64,000 nt of DNA from Tubulanus polymorphus (GCF_964204645.1 NC_134027.1:1178001-1242000); one strand, 5' to 3'. Counted from the first letter of the stretch, positions 1-14,034 are shown. Notes: a model not told the origin generated them from the sequence alone. Numbers and translations are program-made.

Positions 1-35
1 GACCAGTCAGGGTGTGGTGACTCTATATAACAAGC

Positions 36-150
36 CAGGGCCCAATCCACAGTTGTGAGTTAACATGTGACTCAAGAGTATAAATTCATTAAAATTGAAC
101 TGGTTTTAACTCAGAGTTACCTCTAACTCACATGATGGAACTAGATCCTG
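36..150. mobile_element. Degenerate PIF/Harbinger-like MITE
   Basis: Imperfect TIRs gggcccaatccacagttgtgagtta / taactcacatgatggaactagatcc with CWG flanks. Confidence 0.55.
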
Positions 151-1557
151 AGTTCAGAGTTAACTCTTACTCATTAAACTGTGGGGGTATCGGGTTCAGA
201 GGACATTATCTTGGTCGTCACTGTGAATATGAATAAAGCCATAGCAAAATCGAATTAAAACTTGAGCATTCTATACTGGGCCAGCGCCGGCTACACCATT
301 CAATTCCTCAGCCCGGTTTGTCAGGTCTATCAATCCTATTCCTTCCACTCCCCTCCCCCGGTGGTTGTCTCATTCTGTTCACACGGAACCGCGCTTTCGC
401 CGATAATTAATTCGATTTCGGACGAATTTATTTTTTCACCATTATCCACGAGAGCACTGAGCGCTTGATTCGCCCCAAACGAGGTTAACATTCGGGTCAC
501 TTGACGAGTTGACGTTCCTTTAACAATGTAAGAGGGTGAAATTTAGCGCGACGCCGAACCAAATCTGAGCTTCTCGCTTTTTTCTCTATTCGCGGATGAA
601 TGCCGAAATTAGCTCGCTTATCAAATTATGAGGCATCACGACACGTTTGGATCTATAGCCTTGATTGTGCTTTGACAACCGGAACTAGGGTTTTACATTC
701 GATTACAATGTTAAACGCCGCGCGCTCGTAAATAGGTGCAAATTAATTCAAATTTTATAACGCGTTCCATAAAGAGTAGGTATCCGTCGTTGAATTACTT
801 TGAGTTCGTATTTTGATGTTAATGAAGCCAGATTTGTATTCGCGATAGAAGCTTTCGGCGCTAACAAAAGCCGCGGCCCGAAATTCATTATGGCGATGTA
901 TCAGTGACTGGGCGCGTACGCTGATAGCGACGTCAGCGAAACAAGCGAGTCTCAATCGAGAAACAGAACGCTTTGTTGTCGGTTAATCCCCCTACAACAC
1001 GGCCGACAATAGCGGCAACACTTTGTGCAAATCGGGTCCTTACAAATAACCGAACACTGATCTAATTTTTAGCTTATCCGCGCGTTCGCGCGTCAATAGC
1101 CATCGTCGCCGTCCTTTTCGCGATGTTTCGGATAAAAAAAAGAAATCCCGCCGAATGAAAATCGACTTTGTGAAAAGAAAAGTAGCTTTCTTTATTCGGG
1201 CGATCGGTTGAAGAGATTCTCGCGCACACCGAGACGCGCTGCGCAGCCTCGGAGCCGGTTATTAGCTCCGGTAACTGATTGAAGGAAAATGATGGATCGG
1301 TCAGAACCGCTCGACGACAAGTCGATCGTAACGCAAACGCGTATTTCAAAAGAAAATAGATAAAAAGGTTTGTTCGCCGGAATTAGTTATAATCCAAATA
1401 AATGAACGAAAAGCTTCCGCGATATTTCGAGTTTAATTCTGTTGAATTTTGTTATTGAAAAGACGATCGTGTTTGACACTGATGGATTTTTGCGCGTTAT
1501 TAACGGATTGAGACAGCATAGCGTTTAATTAAGCAGAAACGGCTTCATTAGAATCCG

Positions 1558-1945
1558 AGAGACCCGAGTCAAGTCGCGCTGGTCGCCGCATCGTCGCGAG
1601 ATGGAGACCCGAGTCAAGTCGCGCTGGTCGCCGCGTCGTCGCGGGATGGAGACCCGAGTCAAGTCGCGCTGGTCGCCGCATCGTCACGGGATGGAGACCC
1701 GAGTCAAGTCGCGCAGGTCGCCTCATCGTCTCGGGGTGGAGACCCGAGTCAAGTCGCGCAGGTCGCCTCATCGTCTCGGGGTGGAGACCCGAGTCAAGTC
1801 GCGCTGGTCGCCGCATCGTCACGGGATGGAGACCCGAGTCAAGTCGCGCAGGTCGCCTCATCGTCTCGGGGTGGAGACCCGAGTCAAGTGGCGCAGGTCG
1901 CCTCATCGTCTCGGGGTGGAGACCCGAGTCAAGTCGCGCTGGTTG
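1558..1945. repeat. GC-rich 45-bp minisatellite, about 8.5 copies
   Basis: Unit ggagacccgagtcaagtcgcgcwggtcgccgcatcgtcacgggat. It explains the repetitive ORFs 1529-1963 and 1601-1966. Confidence 0.92.
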
Positions 1946-1962
1946 CTGCATGAACCCACACA

Positions 1963-2227
1963 ATGAACCCGCTGTGGAACTGGATCCACTCTCAAAATGA
2001 ATTTATACAACTGTGGAACTTGACCAAGAGTCAAATTAAACCCTCACAACTGTGGAACTACTGGATTCAGAGTCAAATTGAACCCAGACAACTTTGGGAC
2101 TGGATCCAGAGTCAAATTAAACCCACACAACTTCGGGACTGGATCCAGAGTCAAATTAAACCCACACGACTTCGGGACTGGATCCAGAGTCAAATTAAAC
2201 CCACACAACACTGTGGGACTGGGTCCT
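1963..2227. repeat. 39-bp tandem repeat derived from a MITE terminus, about 6.5 copies
   Basis: Unit gagtcaaattaaacccacacaactgtggaactggatcca matches the right end of the local MITE family. Confidence 0.8.
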
Positions 2228-3297
2228 TGTTAGCTCCTATAAGTTGTGCTCACCCCTCTGTTTGCTGTGGCGTACTCGACGAGATCTTAAAGAATGACTA
2301 GTGAGGTTGTCTACATGACGCTGGAGGAGTACCCGGATGTTATAAACAGACGGATGCTCGGACACGCAATTCTGAGCCGATCTAATCTCCACGCTTCTAC
2401 GGATAAGATTAAAATTATGCAAATAAGGACAGCAGTTTTCATTGATGTTTCGCTGGAAACATGGGTTAACTTAATTCCATAGAAAATGATGATGCCTACT
2501 TCATGCGTCAACACACGCCGGGCTGATCACCCGGATTTCTCGCTTTAGCAATCCTCTAAAGTGGGTTTAACATATCGTGATAGCTGACGATTTTATTCGA
2601 TCTTTATTCTCCGAGGGAGACTCCGTTCATTCTCCGGGTGTTCATCCCGTAAAGCCGACACACTTGCACTGTCAACTCGAACCGTTTGTTCTCTTGCTCT
2701 GGTTGTAATAGTCACCGATTAACCTTTCTACATTCGCTCTCAATAATAATTGATTTAAATTTGATTGGTTCGTGGCGTCGATTCATGCGGGATTTAAGAG
2801 GTCGCTAGTCTGGGTGGAAAGCGACGAGTCTTTTCAAAAGATGCGCATCCGAATCGCAGAGAGAGAACAAAATGAAAGCGTGGATACGCAGTTCCATCAG
2901 TCAGTGACATGTTAAATATACTCAACCCTGGAGACAAATTCAACTCATTTAAGGGACTTGAACATAAATCTAATGTTAGCTTCACGGACCACGGGATACA
3001 TTAACCCTAATTTCTGGTTGCCTAGGCTGACCTGAGCCAGTTGAAGAAAAAACCGACAATTATGAAAAATAACTAAGAGAGTTTTAATGTTTCGACTCAA
3101 TTATTCTATGAGCCACGCAATAATGATTTGCCCCCAAATTTGGTTCGGGTCTGGTACGACATTTTTGGTCGGGCCAAACTTGCCCCCGGCTAAACAGGCA
3201 CGGGTCCCTGACACCTGAGTGAACAGTTGTTCCGGGCCAAACTAGGCACGGGCCAAAAATGCTCGTGTAATCGCGGCTTATAGTTCTGTAATTCCTG

Positions 3298-3425
3298 GGC
3301 CCAGTTTCACAAAACTGTTAACTCAAATTTTTGGTGTGATTGCTATTAGTTACTTCATGTTTTGAATGGGGACAACAATTCAAACTAAGCCGTTTTAGGC
3401 TAAAACGTTTTCGTGAAACTGGGCC
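3298..3425. mobile_element. PIF/Harbinger-like MITE, CTG target duplication
   Basis: TIR ggcccagtttcacaaaa / ttttcgtgaaactgggcc, flanked by CTG on both sides. Confidence 0.82.
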
Positions 3426-3428
3426 CTG

Positions 3429-3566
3429 GGGCCAGTTGCACAGTCGTGACTTAAATCCAAAAGTGATCTTAACTCTTAAGACTGGTCTTAAGTTGTTAGA
3501 TTGGCTATAGAACTAAGTTGGTCTTAGACTGGTCTTTAGTCTAAGCCATGACTATGAAACCGGCCC
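3429..3566. mobile_element. PIF/Harbinger-like MITE of a second subfamily, CTG target duplication
   Basis: TIR gggccagttgcacagtcgtgactta / taagccatgactatgaaaccggccc, flanked by CTG. Related decayed copies near 28780-28910, 45771-45827 and 47300-47413. Confidence 0.8.
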
Positions 3567-4165
3567 CTGGTCTTCTATAGCGTAGGCCTACACGTACTAC
3601 TACATGTATATGGTAGCTTCCGATTGGACAGCATCTACAGTGGAACTGTACACACGCCATTTATTGATAAATGATCAGGATGATCGAACGTCGTATTGAC
3701 TTTCGATCACGGCTCGATCACGGTTCGATCACGACTCGAGCCGGAGGAGAGAGAGAGTAGTCGTGCCGTGATTTTTGTTTTTCAATCGTTACTTTCTGTA
3801 ATGAGACTCGGTTCTGATGGTTGACGGGTAAATATCGTCTGTTCCCCGAACAAATTAACCGCTTCATCTAACCGTTGAATCGAATTGAATCGCGCAGTCA
3901 CACAGTGAACCGGTCGACCGTATAGCGCAGGTCTGTATAACGTGATGTTTCTATAACGGATACGACGACTCGGGACGGACTTACTCAGAGCATACATAAA
4001 ACAGAGATCAGGGATATTTCATAAGATGACAGGGGCGGATTTAGGGGAACCACAGGGAGCCCTCCCCATCCATAAAAAAGTCCTATCCATACTACGTATG
4101 TTTTTCGCAAGTTCTTTTTGCTGGCCAGTTTGTTTCAGAATCTGTCTATAAATCTCAGAAAATAT

Positions 4166-4298
4166 CAGGGCCGTATTTTGTCCGCCTAGAAATTTTGGAA
4201 ACAATCCCTTCTTGCAAATATTGATTGTCATATCCTATAAACTGCCCTTTTTCGGGCTTCTCTGTCCCCCTAAAATTCAAATGCTAGTTACGGCCCTG
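4166..4298. mobile_element. Short TIR element with CAGGG termini (hAT-like MITE)
   Basis: cagggccgta / tacggccctg inverted ends. It lies just inside a second CAGGGGCGGAT end at about 4030. Confidence 0.6.
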
Positions 4299-6198
4299 AA
4301 AATGATCCCTCTTTTCAAATTTCAGCCCAAAAACCGCTAAAAAGCTTCGAGCCTACGGAGTTTGCTGTTCAGGTATATGTATATATAGAACTAGGTCTCA
4401 AAAGTCGAGCCCCCAGAAAGATACGAGATTAACTTGTCTACTCTCGGGGTTTGGTTCAGTTTTCAGTAATAATTCAATCACTTCGATTTTTCGATCGGTG
4501 TTAAATACTTTTTTTTATAGAACCAATCGGCTTATATAGACTGATCTTATCAATATCATAAAACCTGAATCAGTTGAAGATCACAATATCAGTGATAAAA
4601 CGATATGAGTAAGATTACACAATAAATGAATTGAATGCTGAAAAGTTTATTTAATACGAAACATTTCGGGTGGTTGCAACTACTCCCACACAGGGTTTGT
4701 CTTTCTCGGTAGAATAAAGTTACTTTGACTTTAATAATTTCGTTCAAAAGAAATATATGAATAAAAAGATATAGTCTTATAGATGAAAGTGTTTTTCTTG
4801 GTCTAATATTAATGCGGATGAATCGTATAAAGAAGAACCCAGAGGTTAAGTTGACTTCTTTCCTACGAAGCCAAACAAGTTTCCTCGATGTTCTTGAGTC
4901 TAATAAATAACGATTATAAATAAGGATTTTCTTCTCGGTCTAATAGTAATGAGGATGAATAGACTATACACAGAATGGATAAGATATTATATTGATGGCC
5001 CTAATAATAAAAAGTTGATTATGATCTTGTATAAACGACCCGTAACATCTTGTTCGTGCTTGATTAAGTCAGTTAGAACTAAGCGTACCGTCATCTTTAC
5101 CCGATAATCAATAATGAAAACTGATGCTACGATAACGAACTTATCTATTGATAATATTTCCATGGTTAATGATCTCACTCCATCCTCTCTCTCTCTCTCT
5201 CTCGTCTGGGAATCGACGACGTTCTGTTTAACCAGACCGTGACAAATGAAAAACAACAAGATTGGTGTATTTTCCTATTAATGGTTTTGAAGAAGAGGCA
5301 GCGGTAACGATATAGTTTTACATGCCAGTGATTTGTGTCTTTCTACAGGAAATTCTTTCTACATCTTGCTACAGTTCAGGAGAGACCGACCGGTTGGCCG
5401 ATTGGAAAAGTCACCGGTCACCCTGCAGGTTTCTATAGTCAATTCAGGTGAATTGGTTTGATTTCTGGTGGTAGCAGTCAGTCTTTTACTGCATCATTCC
5501 TGGGTTCATGTAATAGGATCCCGGTGGTAGCAGTCAGTCAGTCTTATCCCAAGGGTCTATTTAGAGATAAAATTAGAATGAATTAAAATCAAATACAGAT
5601 TGAAGATTTGATGCACTTAAACCGAATAGGAATTCAATTATCAAAACCATCGACCATACATAACTATTGGTAAGTGAGATATTTACAGACAGACTACAGC
5701 GATTGAGGGGTCTATATTCGATAGTGGGAAGACACGTGGCGCGTTGAAGTGCCGCCGAGATATCAGACGCACTCATCAACACAAACCCCTAATGCTGATC
5801 TGTTGTTAACATTGGCCCTTACACGCTGAGAATCTCGTCACATGGTCGCGAGAACAAGGATTTAGCGAAGAGATGCTGCCCCGGGCTAGAAACTACACAT
5901 AACACAAACGGCTAATTATTTAAGTCTTTGTCGGAGAAAATCTCACTGCGCAGTCGCCTATAAGACCGTGCCTTTTTGATCGTAAGTTGACTCGGAGCCT
6001 CGGGCGCCACTGACAATTCTGTTTATAACAAAACGTTGTGAACACGGCCTGCGCTATGTTTCGCTGTTTCAAACTCTATCGTTTTGTAAATAACATCGAT
6101 AAATAAAAGTGTGTTTATTTCACCGAATTGAATGAGTGTGTGAATTCATTATAAAATGTTCATTTGAATGTATGTAGTTCTAATGACTCACCGTAGAA

Positions 6199-6306
6199 CA
6201 GGATCCAGTTCTACAATTCTTGGCTAGAATTTCACCAGAGTTTAAGATATTTTAAATGAACTAAATTTAATGCAAAGTCAAACGACGACTGTTGAACTTG
6301 GTCCTG
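6199..6306. mobile_element. Degenerate Harbinger-like MITE
   Basis: caggatccagttctaca / tgttgaacttggtcctg inverted ends. Confidence 0.55.
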
Positions 6307-7394
6307 AGTCTTGAGGTTACAAGGTCAGGGTGCTTCAAGACGTTTTACTGAGGCCAATGACAGGTTTAATCAAATTCCCCGAGTTCAAATCAACATCTTT
6401 GTGAACTTGCAATTCAGAAAAAAATGAAATTCTAAATATTTCTTCGTCATTTCTTCAAATCAACTATTTTACATTCATTGAAAATGAGTTTTTCGATCCA
6501 GAAAATCAAAAAATCGCATCGAAATATTTTTCATTCATAAATCCTAAAAAAACATCAATGCAGAAATCGTGTAGTTCGGCTAATAAAATGGTTAACACGT
6601 AGCTAAAGACAAACAGGGGTAATTCTGGCGTGTTTCCCGCCGGTGTTCTGGGTTCCGCCGTGCGATCATCAGTGAGGAAATATATGTATATCCATGCCGA
6701 ACATATAAATTATACCGCTTACAACAAACACAAACACGATGACAGTTCGGAACCTATTCAAAAATACCGAAATTCAATTAATTATCTGTGTGTTTGAAAA
6801 TGTAATGGATTTTAAACCCTATGACGTTAACAAATGTGCGCCATTGAAGGAAACCGACCGTGGATTAGAGGATTCCAGTGAAATATTTACACGAACTCGT
6901 TGTCAAAATATGAATAATAGCATGTTCGGTTTTGTTAACAATATTGAATGATGACCTGTATAGTGAATTCATCGGTTCGTCAGTCGCGGTCGTGTTTTCA
7001 GTATTAATCTTTATCCACGTCGTTTTAATCCTTTCATTAGTTGAACGTCGAGTTTTTGTTGAAGACATGTTCGGGGAGCGATGCGCATCGTGAAAATACT
7101 AATAATCATTATACATTGAATTACTACGTGTTTTGACTGTAGAAATATCGCTCTATATTTGAACTGTTTTATTATCAGTTTGTTATTACAAATTATACAC
7201 ACAATATTCTGACTATAGCGTATTTGATTAGAGGCTAGTAACACCGGCACGGCTTTAGTCGAAAAGTGGCCCAAATCTTAAGACTGAAACTCATGATAGA
7301 CTTAAGATTGATTTTCATCGGGTCTAGAATATAGCGACTTGAGCAGAGTCAACTGTACCAATATGTCGGTTTAAAATCGACTACATGTATATAC

Positions 7395-7540
7395 AAAAGA
7401 TTAAAAACGAATTCTATTTATTAGAAATTACAATCAAGAGACACGACGTTTCACCTGACGATGATCTCTAGAGATAGAGTCTGAAACGTCATGTTCTTTT
7501 AGATTAATTTTTGATGAATTAAATTCGCTTTTAATCTTTT
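7395..7540 (+). mobile_element. Penelope-type foldback remnant with a degenerate hammerhead core
   Basis: About 60-bp imperfect inverted arms around CTGACGA (7455) - hairpin - GAAACGTC (7483-7490). Confidence 0.6.
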
Positions 7541-10489
7541 AGATTTTGTAAATAGTGAGTCTGAAATCTGGTAATCTATTCTCCACGAGTGAACAGACTT
7601 TTCTACTTGTAACGTATCACAAGTTTTTTTTGTGTAAAACTCATTTTTCCCGATGTTGCGCATGTTGTTCCATTGCATGTTACAAGTCATGTGTTTCTAG
7701 ACGTTTCCCTCCGATAGAAATCTGTATTTTTGTAACCGATGTCTTTTCGACGCAACCACAAAACGCGCCGCGATCGCGCTGTAATTTATGGCTTCTTTTA
7801 TACTCGACGAGTCGGGAAAACGTCCCGCGTCGCTCTAACGGGCGTCATCTGGTTCTAATCGTCCAGATTTCACCAGTAAGAAACACTGATAGCTGAATAT
7901 AGAAATATCACAATACCAGCCACACCGTCGATGACACAACTTATTCTCGAAATGACAACATGATAAATTCATTCTCTCCTGGTAACATGTTTCAACTAAT
8001 TCATCTTACCAGTAAAAAAACTGGGCATTTTTGCCCGGAAAAGTAGATTTTCAGGGCGGGGGGGGGGGCATTCATTGAATAACAAGTGGATATTCATTCT
8101 ATATCGACAGCGTTCTTGCTATAAACATAAAATATATGATGTATGCAATATTTATAATGTTATCACAAAGCTGCTCGCTGTTCCCTAGCGACATCTGTAG
8201 TCTATACAACTAACTATACTTATCATCATACATACTTACCACTACTTATCACGCGTTCATCCGAAACAGAGAATTATCGAAATATATCTATTCGGATCTT
8301 TCGCCGCAGAAATTAATTTCTTTCTGACTTCATATTTGATACTACTTCGGGCCTTAATGAAATTCTATTTTTGAAAAGTGTATTTGTTTTTGTGCCGTCG
8401 CAATAGGAGAATTAGTCGAATAGAATTTCGACGATGTCTTGGCGGTAGGTAGCTGCGCTCTCTGAGTTCGGGTTTTGAAGAGGTCTTGAGTCATAGAGCT
8501 CAAGGATCCTCGACAAGCCAATATCACCAGTGAAGAATAATCCGAGCTTTTAGAAATTTCCTTATGATTGACGTCTCTCCGTGCGAATGTTAGAAAGCTT
8601 CCTCTTCGAGATAAAGAATTGATCTTAAGTAAAAACTAAAAGTTAGAATTTCTTTCTCGCGACGACCAAATAAATACTTATCTAAACAAAAGAATTATTG
8701 TTAGTTTGCGTACATTCAAAGCTTATTTCTTCTTACGGACAAAAACGTATAAAGGCCTACTCAATTCGGAGAGCTTTTACATACTGCAAAAAAACTTGTT
8801 TACAGAAGAAAGATAATTAATTTCTAATTTTTCCGTGAACACGGAAAAGCATTTTAGACCACGATTATGCTTTCATACTTAAAATGACTACTCTGGGAAA
8901 TTCGCTACCATATCAAACTTACAAGCATATGGAATCTGAAAGAAATAAAGAAATTAATCCAATTTAATACTTTTTAATATAGTGAATACTTTTGAACGCT
9001 AGGTGGCAGCAATGGCCAGGCCTCGGTTAAAATCATCGTCCCAAATCACGTTCAATCAGAGGGCTAGATAAACATCGGCATCGCCGTCTGACCTTGACAT
9101 CTTGTGTTGTTGACGACACTACATCCGGTGACAACTGCAGCAGAAGACGCTCTCTCATCGCGCGTCTTCGAAAATCGATCTCGGAATTCAAGAGAACGAA
9201 CTTTTTGAAATCGAGCGCTGCAGATCCTCTTCGCTCCAGCTTGTCGTCGGTGGAGGAAAAATAATACGTCTGGTTTAAAACTAATTCCGACGCAATCTAA
9301 TGTCGCCGGTTTGTTACACAGTAGTTTATTAGTGTAATGAAGCATCATCAATACGAAACGATGATAAACGAGTTGGAGTAGCGCGCTGTGACACGCCGCC
9401 TCGCCTCGCAGCACCACCAGCAGTATACTCAATTAATGGATGATATTGCGGATAATCTTTTAGTTACAGTTCATTGATGGTTGGTTAATAAGTGGTTAAT
9501 TTAGACTGTCACACGCAGCACGCAGCACGAAGCGGTGCCGATAAAGGCACTATGTCGCCGCCTATCTATATCGGTCGAAACTGTGTTGACGACTTGTAAT
9601 AAAAATCGCGTCACTGACCTCGTAAACAAATAGATACCAAGTATGGGTACATTAAGATGGGTGACACTCGACGTCCGTTGAATGAGGGGACTTTCAGTTA
9701 AAACTCCCAGGACTTCAGGGTCGGGTCCAGGCGGGAGTACAGGAGCACGTGCCCCCGTCCTAATTTCCCTTGTGCCCTTTTCAAAATACAAACATGCAAT
9801 ATTTCCACCCGATACTAATATATCTGCAGCACAAGATTTGAACAGCTTACATTATCGTGTTCTCTGTCTGTCCCTCAAGATCATAGAAAATGTATTTTGA
9901 AAATTTTTCAAACCCTTGTTTTAGCTGCGTGGATGCTTCACTTGCCCCTTTTTCATTATATATGTCCCCCTTTTCATTTTCTTGCGCTCCTGTCAATGTC
10001 TGCCCCTCGACTAACAAACGACATGTACTACGTAATATGAAATATTACATTTCGATAAAAGAATCCCCTTGAGTCCTTGAGCTATGATAATCTAGTCATA
10101 AATATGAAATGACGCCAGTGTAAGGTGAGCAAATTTGTGTCGAAATCTTTAAACGATTTTTAATGAAATTCTGAACGGTTTGGATTTCATCAAAATGATA
10201 ACATTGATAAACTGTCCCACTGCGACACGAGGACGTTTCCGTTATAGTTTAAAATTCGTGTTGATATATTGATAAGATATGTCATTTTGACGGGCGCCGG
10301 TGTTCACGATTGACAAGCGAAGTTATCAGGTCCCGTATCATACACAGGTTCACGACAGACAATCGATGATGAAACAATCGGGCGTACTATAAATATGTGT
10401 AAAATTAGGTACACGTGACACGCATTATGTGGAAAATTCCACTTGTAAAATTTCCGATTTGACATCGATTTAGTTTTAATACCACAGTA

Positions 10490-10880
10490 ATAGTAATAAT
10501 AATCTATTTGCTTATACAGCTCAACTCTATAAAAACATAATCATTTTACTTTACATTAGAATAAAACATTTAAACATTATAGCAGAATAAAACAATATTA
10601 AACGTGCAATTTTTTTTTAAACGGTCTTCAACGTGATTTAAAAGATAAAAAAGGTGGGAGCTTCACGGCTATTTTTTGGGGGGAAACCGCGTCAACATTA
10701 TGTCGGTGCAATAAAGGTAAAAGTACCATTCTAGCTCACAAATGTTTGATGACAAGAGTGAAACTTTCTAAAACGATCAAATTGTGGTTTAATGAAAGGA
10801 AGTTTGTGGGAGCTGATATTATGTATATTTGGACGTGTAGGGATTAGAGTAGGTTCCTGTATACTGCGGTGTGTCATATG
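10490..10880 (-). mobile_element. Decayed L2-like LINE 3' end
   Basis: Minus-strand translation gives broken motifs (FTFIAP ... LKT) like the L2 ORF2 C-terminus, ending in a (TAT)n-type tail. Confidence 0.35.
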
Positions 10881-12554
10881 CACAAACAGAATTAACTATA
10901 GAATCAATTAAACACTAAATAAAGGCATGTTTACAAGGACTCACTGATTATATTGAATCCTGACAAACCTGCCGCGGTCTGCTGAGGCAGCAGCATCTGT
11001 TACAAGGCGTCGTGTCGGCCGTGTTCCGCAACTCATGTCGAGATTGAACTGGGAAGTTTATCGTGAATACATCCATACGCTCGGGTTTGGATAAGTCAAT
11101 CCTCTGTAAACCAATTCCAAGGACGAATAATGGCTATAAATCTGTCAGCTGACCCTCCCGATTATGAGAAACAAGGTATCATTTTTAGCCTAACTTTTCT
11201 ATAGTCGAACATAAAGCCCTAAACAAAAACTCAGTTTAACTCCGTCGTAAATTTCCCAGAGACAAAAAAAAGAAATAGTTGGTGATACAAAAGTTTGGCA
11301 CATGTACGAGCAGGAGATGTTTTTAATGTTTGATAGCGACGTGCAGCAGGTTTTACACCACGTGGCATGTGACATCATTCCGACGAGAACGTGCTCAAAA
11401 ACAAAACATTAAAACGACAATTAACGGACGTTTGAGATAGAAACCGCGAGATCTTATTGTGCGAATCACGAAACTGAGGTATTGATAATTTGACCCGAAC
11501 TGCGCTAAACAGGATATTAAACCTCCATTCATTGGGGTAATATTACCAACCTTTCAGTCGGCTGGTGAGGACCCTTCTCGAGTTCCACGCAGATTCTCTT
11601 CTAATACCGGGCGCGGATTAAAAACGTTTTAAATTTGTTTTCAAGACGGCGAGAAAAGTGTCCGCTTGGCCATTCATCGAATAGACCTCGAGGACACTTT
11701 CACTAAAATACGGGCACAATAGACACTCGTTCATCCGTTAACAAAAACCGACGCAATTCACGAGGACTCGATTTTGAATTGTTTTTGAGAATCTTCAAGA
11801 AGCCTTTCAACAAAAATACGATATTGTTACCCTGAGAGTGTCGGTGATGTGGCTAGAAGCATAATAAAAACGCGTTGAGATAATGACCGTTATCCATTAT
11901 CCATACAATATCCGTGTATGATAATGGAGATAAAGTCGTCCTAATCGCTATTCAGGTGCATCATCGACAATCCGGAAATCCGCCATAACAACATTACCAA
12001 GCTATGAAACTCGTGGGTAAGAATCGACGAAAGAGAGAAAGGAAGAAATCACTGGAAATTAACGACATCTAATTCGCTCGCATCTTTGATATTACATAAT
12101 TTTGATGGATGCATCGATTGAAACTGCCGCGCACACACGAAATATCAAATAATAGCGCGATCAATTTACGGGTATAAAGATGGGGTAATTTAACGGATAT
12201 TATTTGAGAGTTCCGTTTTATTTCATTGCTTCTATTATTACTGGTTATTACATGTGCCTCGTATATAGATGTCTTTGTTGACAAGTTTCGATGCGTCGAA
12301 TACAAAAGTTTCGTTGAGTATTTTTACGACTACATCGCAATAAAATCTTAGATTATCGTTATTTTGATTTACCAATTAATGATGCCACATCGACGACACG
12401 AGAAATTCAATTGATGACGTCACATTGCCATGGCGTCATTAAGATTATGTAGTCTGCCAGCTAACTTTCAAAAACTATCCTAAAATTCGACGATCATAAT
12501 AAAATATCATGGTATGTTCGTCAACGTTTGAATTAAGATATCAAGAAGTAAAAT

Positions 12555-12690
12555 ATTAATTTATTTCATTTGTTTATCTATTTATCTATTTCAGAAATAG
12601 ATTACAACAATGTGTTAGCTGATACATGTTGTAAGACTGGGGTTTCAGAATAAAGCAAGGCTTGTATAAACTGAAACCCAGAAGAGTAAC
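12555..12690 (-). mobile_element. LINE/SINE 3' tail with stem-loop
   Basis: AT-rich microsatellite tail, then nested hairpins gggtttcag...ctgaaaccc and aagc...gctt. The same layout occurs at 19960-20105. Confidence 0.4.
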
Positions 12691-13962
12691 GTAGAATAAA
12701 AAATATTTGATGATAGAATATTTGCTGAACAATTTTCTTGTATCTTATTATTTGAATATTTTTTTTTCATTTTTGATAGCGTCATAAAATGTTATTTGGT
12801 CCGGGGAAGATCCATTGGATAATTTTTGATATAAATTTTTCCTAGTAAAGAGTTTTTACGAGGGAAAAATATTTTCATTTTCTATTTGCGACTCGAAAAC
12901 CTCTGAGAGCGAAAACAACTCGGATATCTCGGGCAAAGCGCCTGTTTTTTCCAATTAAGTCATGTTACCGCGCGCGCACTGCCGAAAGGCCAATATCATA
13001 TTTTACATTTACAACAAAAACTTAAACTTCACCATCAGCGAACAGCTAATATCCTCTCAAACAGTATCAATATTAGCCCGCAGCCTCGTGGAAAACGATT
13101 AATACACAACGAGCTTTCAACGTAGCGCGCGAGGATTCACGGTCGTGAATTTAAATAATAACGGTTATCGTCTAAAACGAGGCTGTCGTCTGGTCATGAA
13201 AGAGTCCGCGATGCAATAAACGGTTGTCGCCCTGTGGTCAAAATACCGCCGTATTACCCCAGCAATAACAACTACTCATAAATCAAAAAAGGTTAAATCA
13301 GCTTATGTTATTGTGAGGTAATAACTGTAGCAGAGTTCGAGATTTTACGTATGTTCCTGTTACGCGAAGGAAAGTGCTGTCACTGACCCGTGATCACTCG
13401 ATGATTAATGCTCGAACTAAGAAGCTTTGCGGCGATTTTCGTAGCGAGAAAAAAACGTTGATCTTGGAGTGATTTACGAGTATACGGAGCCCACTGGCAG
13501 GCAGACACGCTGTATTTAATAGAAAATGAATTTTTCAGAATTATGTCAAATTGATAAGGTGTAAATCTTCAGAGAGGTTGGTTGATGTATCGTCGACTGA
13601 TTAATATTTCTGAGCCCCCGAAACAACCGTCGTCGATTCACTTCGCCGGTCGTGTTTTTATAATCTGTACCGAACACGAGAGAGCGCCGTGTCCGAAATT
13701 GATAACTTGTTCTTTCTTGTACAAGTGAACCGTCGATCTGACGAACTCACGGATTTCCTCCGTGATGTCAAACGGTGATGTATGACGCCCGTCTAAGACA
13801 AGCTGCAAGATACCATTAATCAAATTCCTCTTGACAAATTATACCTTTAGATTGTGCAAGAATATTCTATTAACATAAGATAATAAAAATATCATTCACC
13901 AGGGATTTACTCCAAAAACACCAAAAACGCATCTTTTTGAGAATCAAAGTAAAAAAGAGTCA

Positions 13963-14034
13963 ACCATGGGCAAGGCTCGAACCCAGGACCACAGGCACGC
14001 CAGGCTACGTCCTATACCACTAGACTAAATGAAC
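13963..14034 (-). pseudogene. Degenerate tRNA-like sequence or tRNA-derived SINE head
   Basis: Minus strand has A box TAGTCTAGTGG and B box GGTTCGAGCC at tRNA spacing, followed by a T-run. The acceptor and anticodon stems pair poorly. Confidence 0.55.

Noticed and set aside
1529-2301. Repetitive ORFs of 112-144 aa on both strands
   Set aside because: They are by-products of 45-bp and 39-bp tandem repeats, with no splice or domain support.
6625-6672. Minus-strand CTGATGA...GAAAC as a third hammerhead
   Set aside because: No proper stem II closure and no NUH/stem I arrangement.
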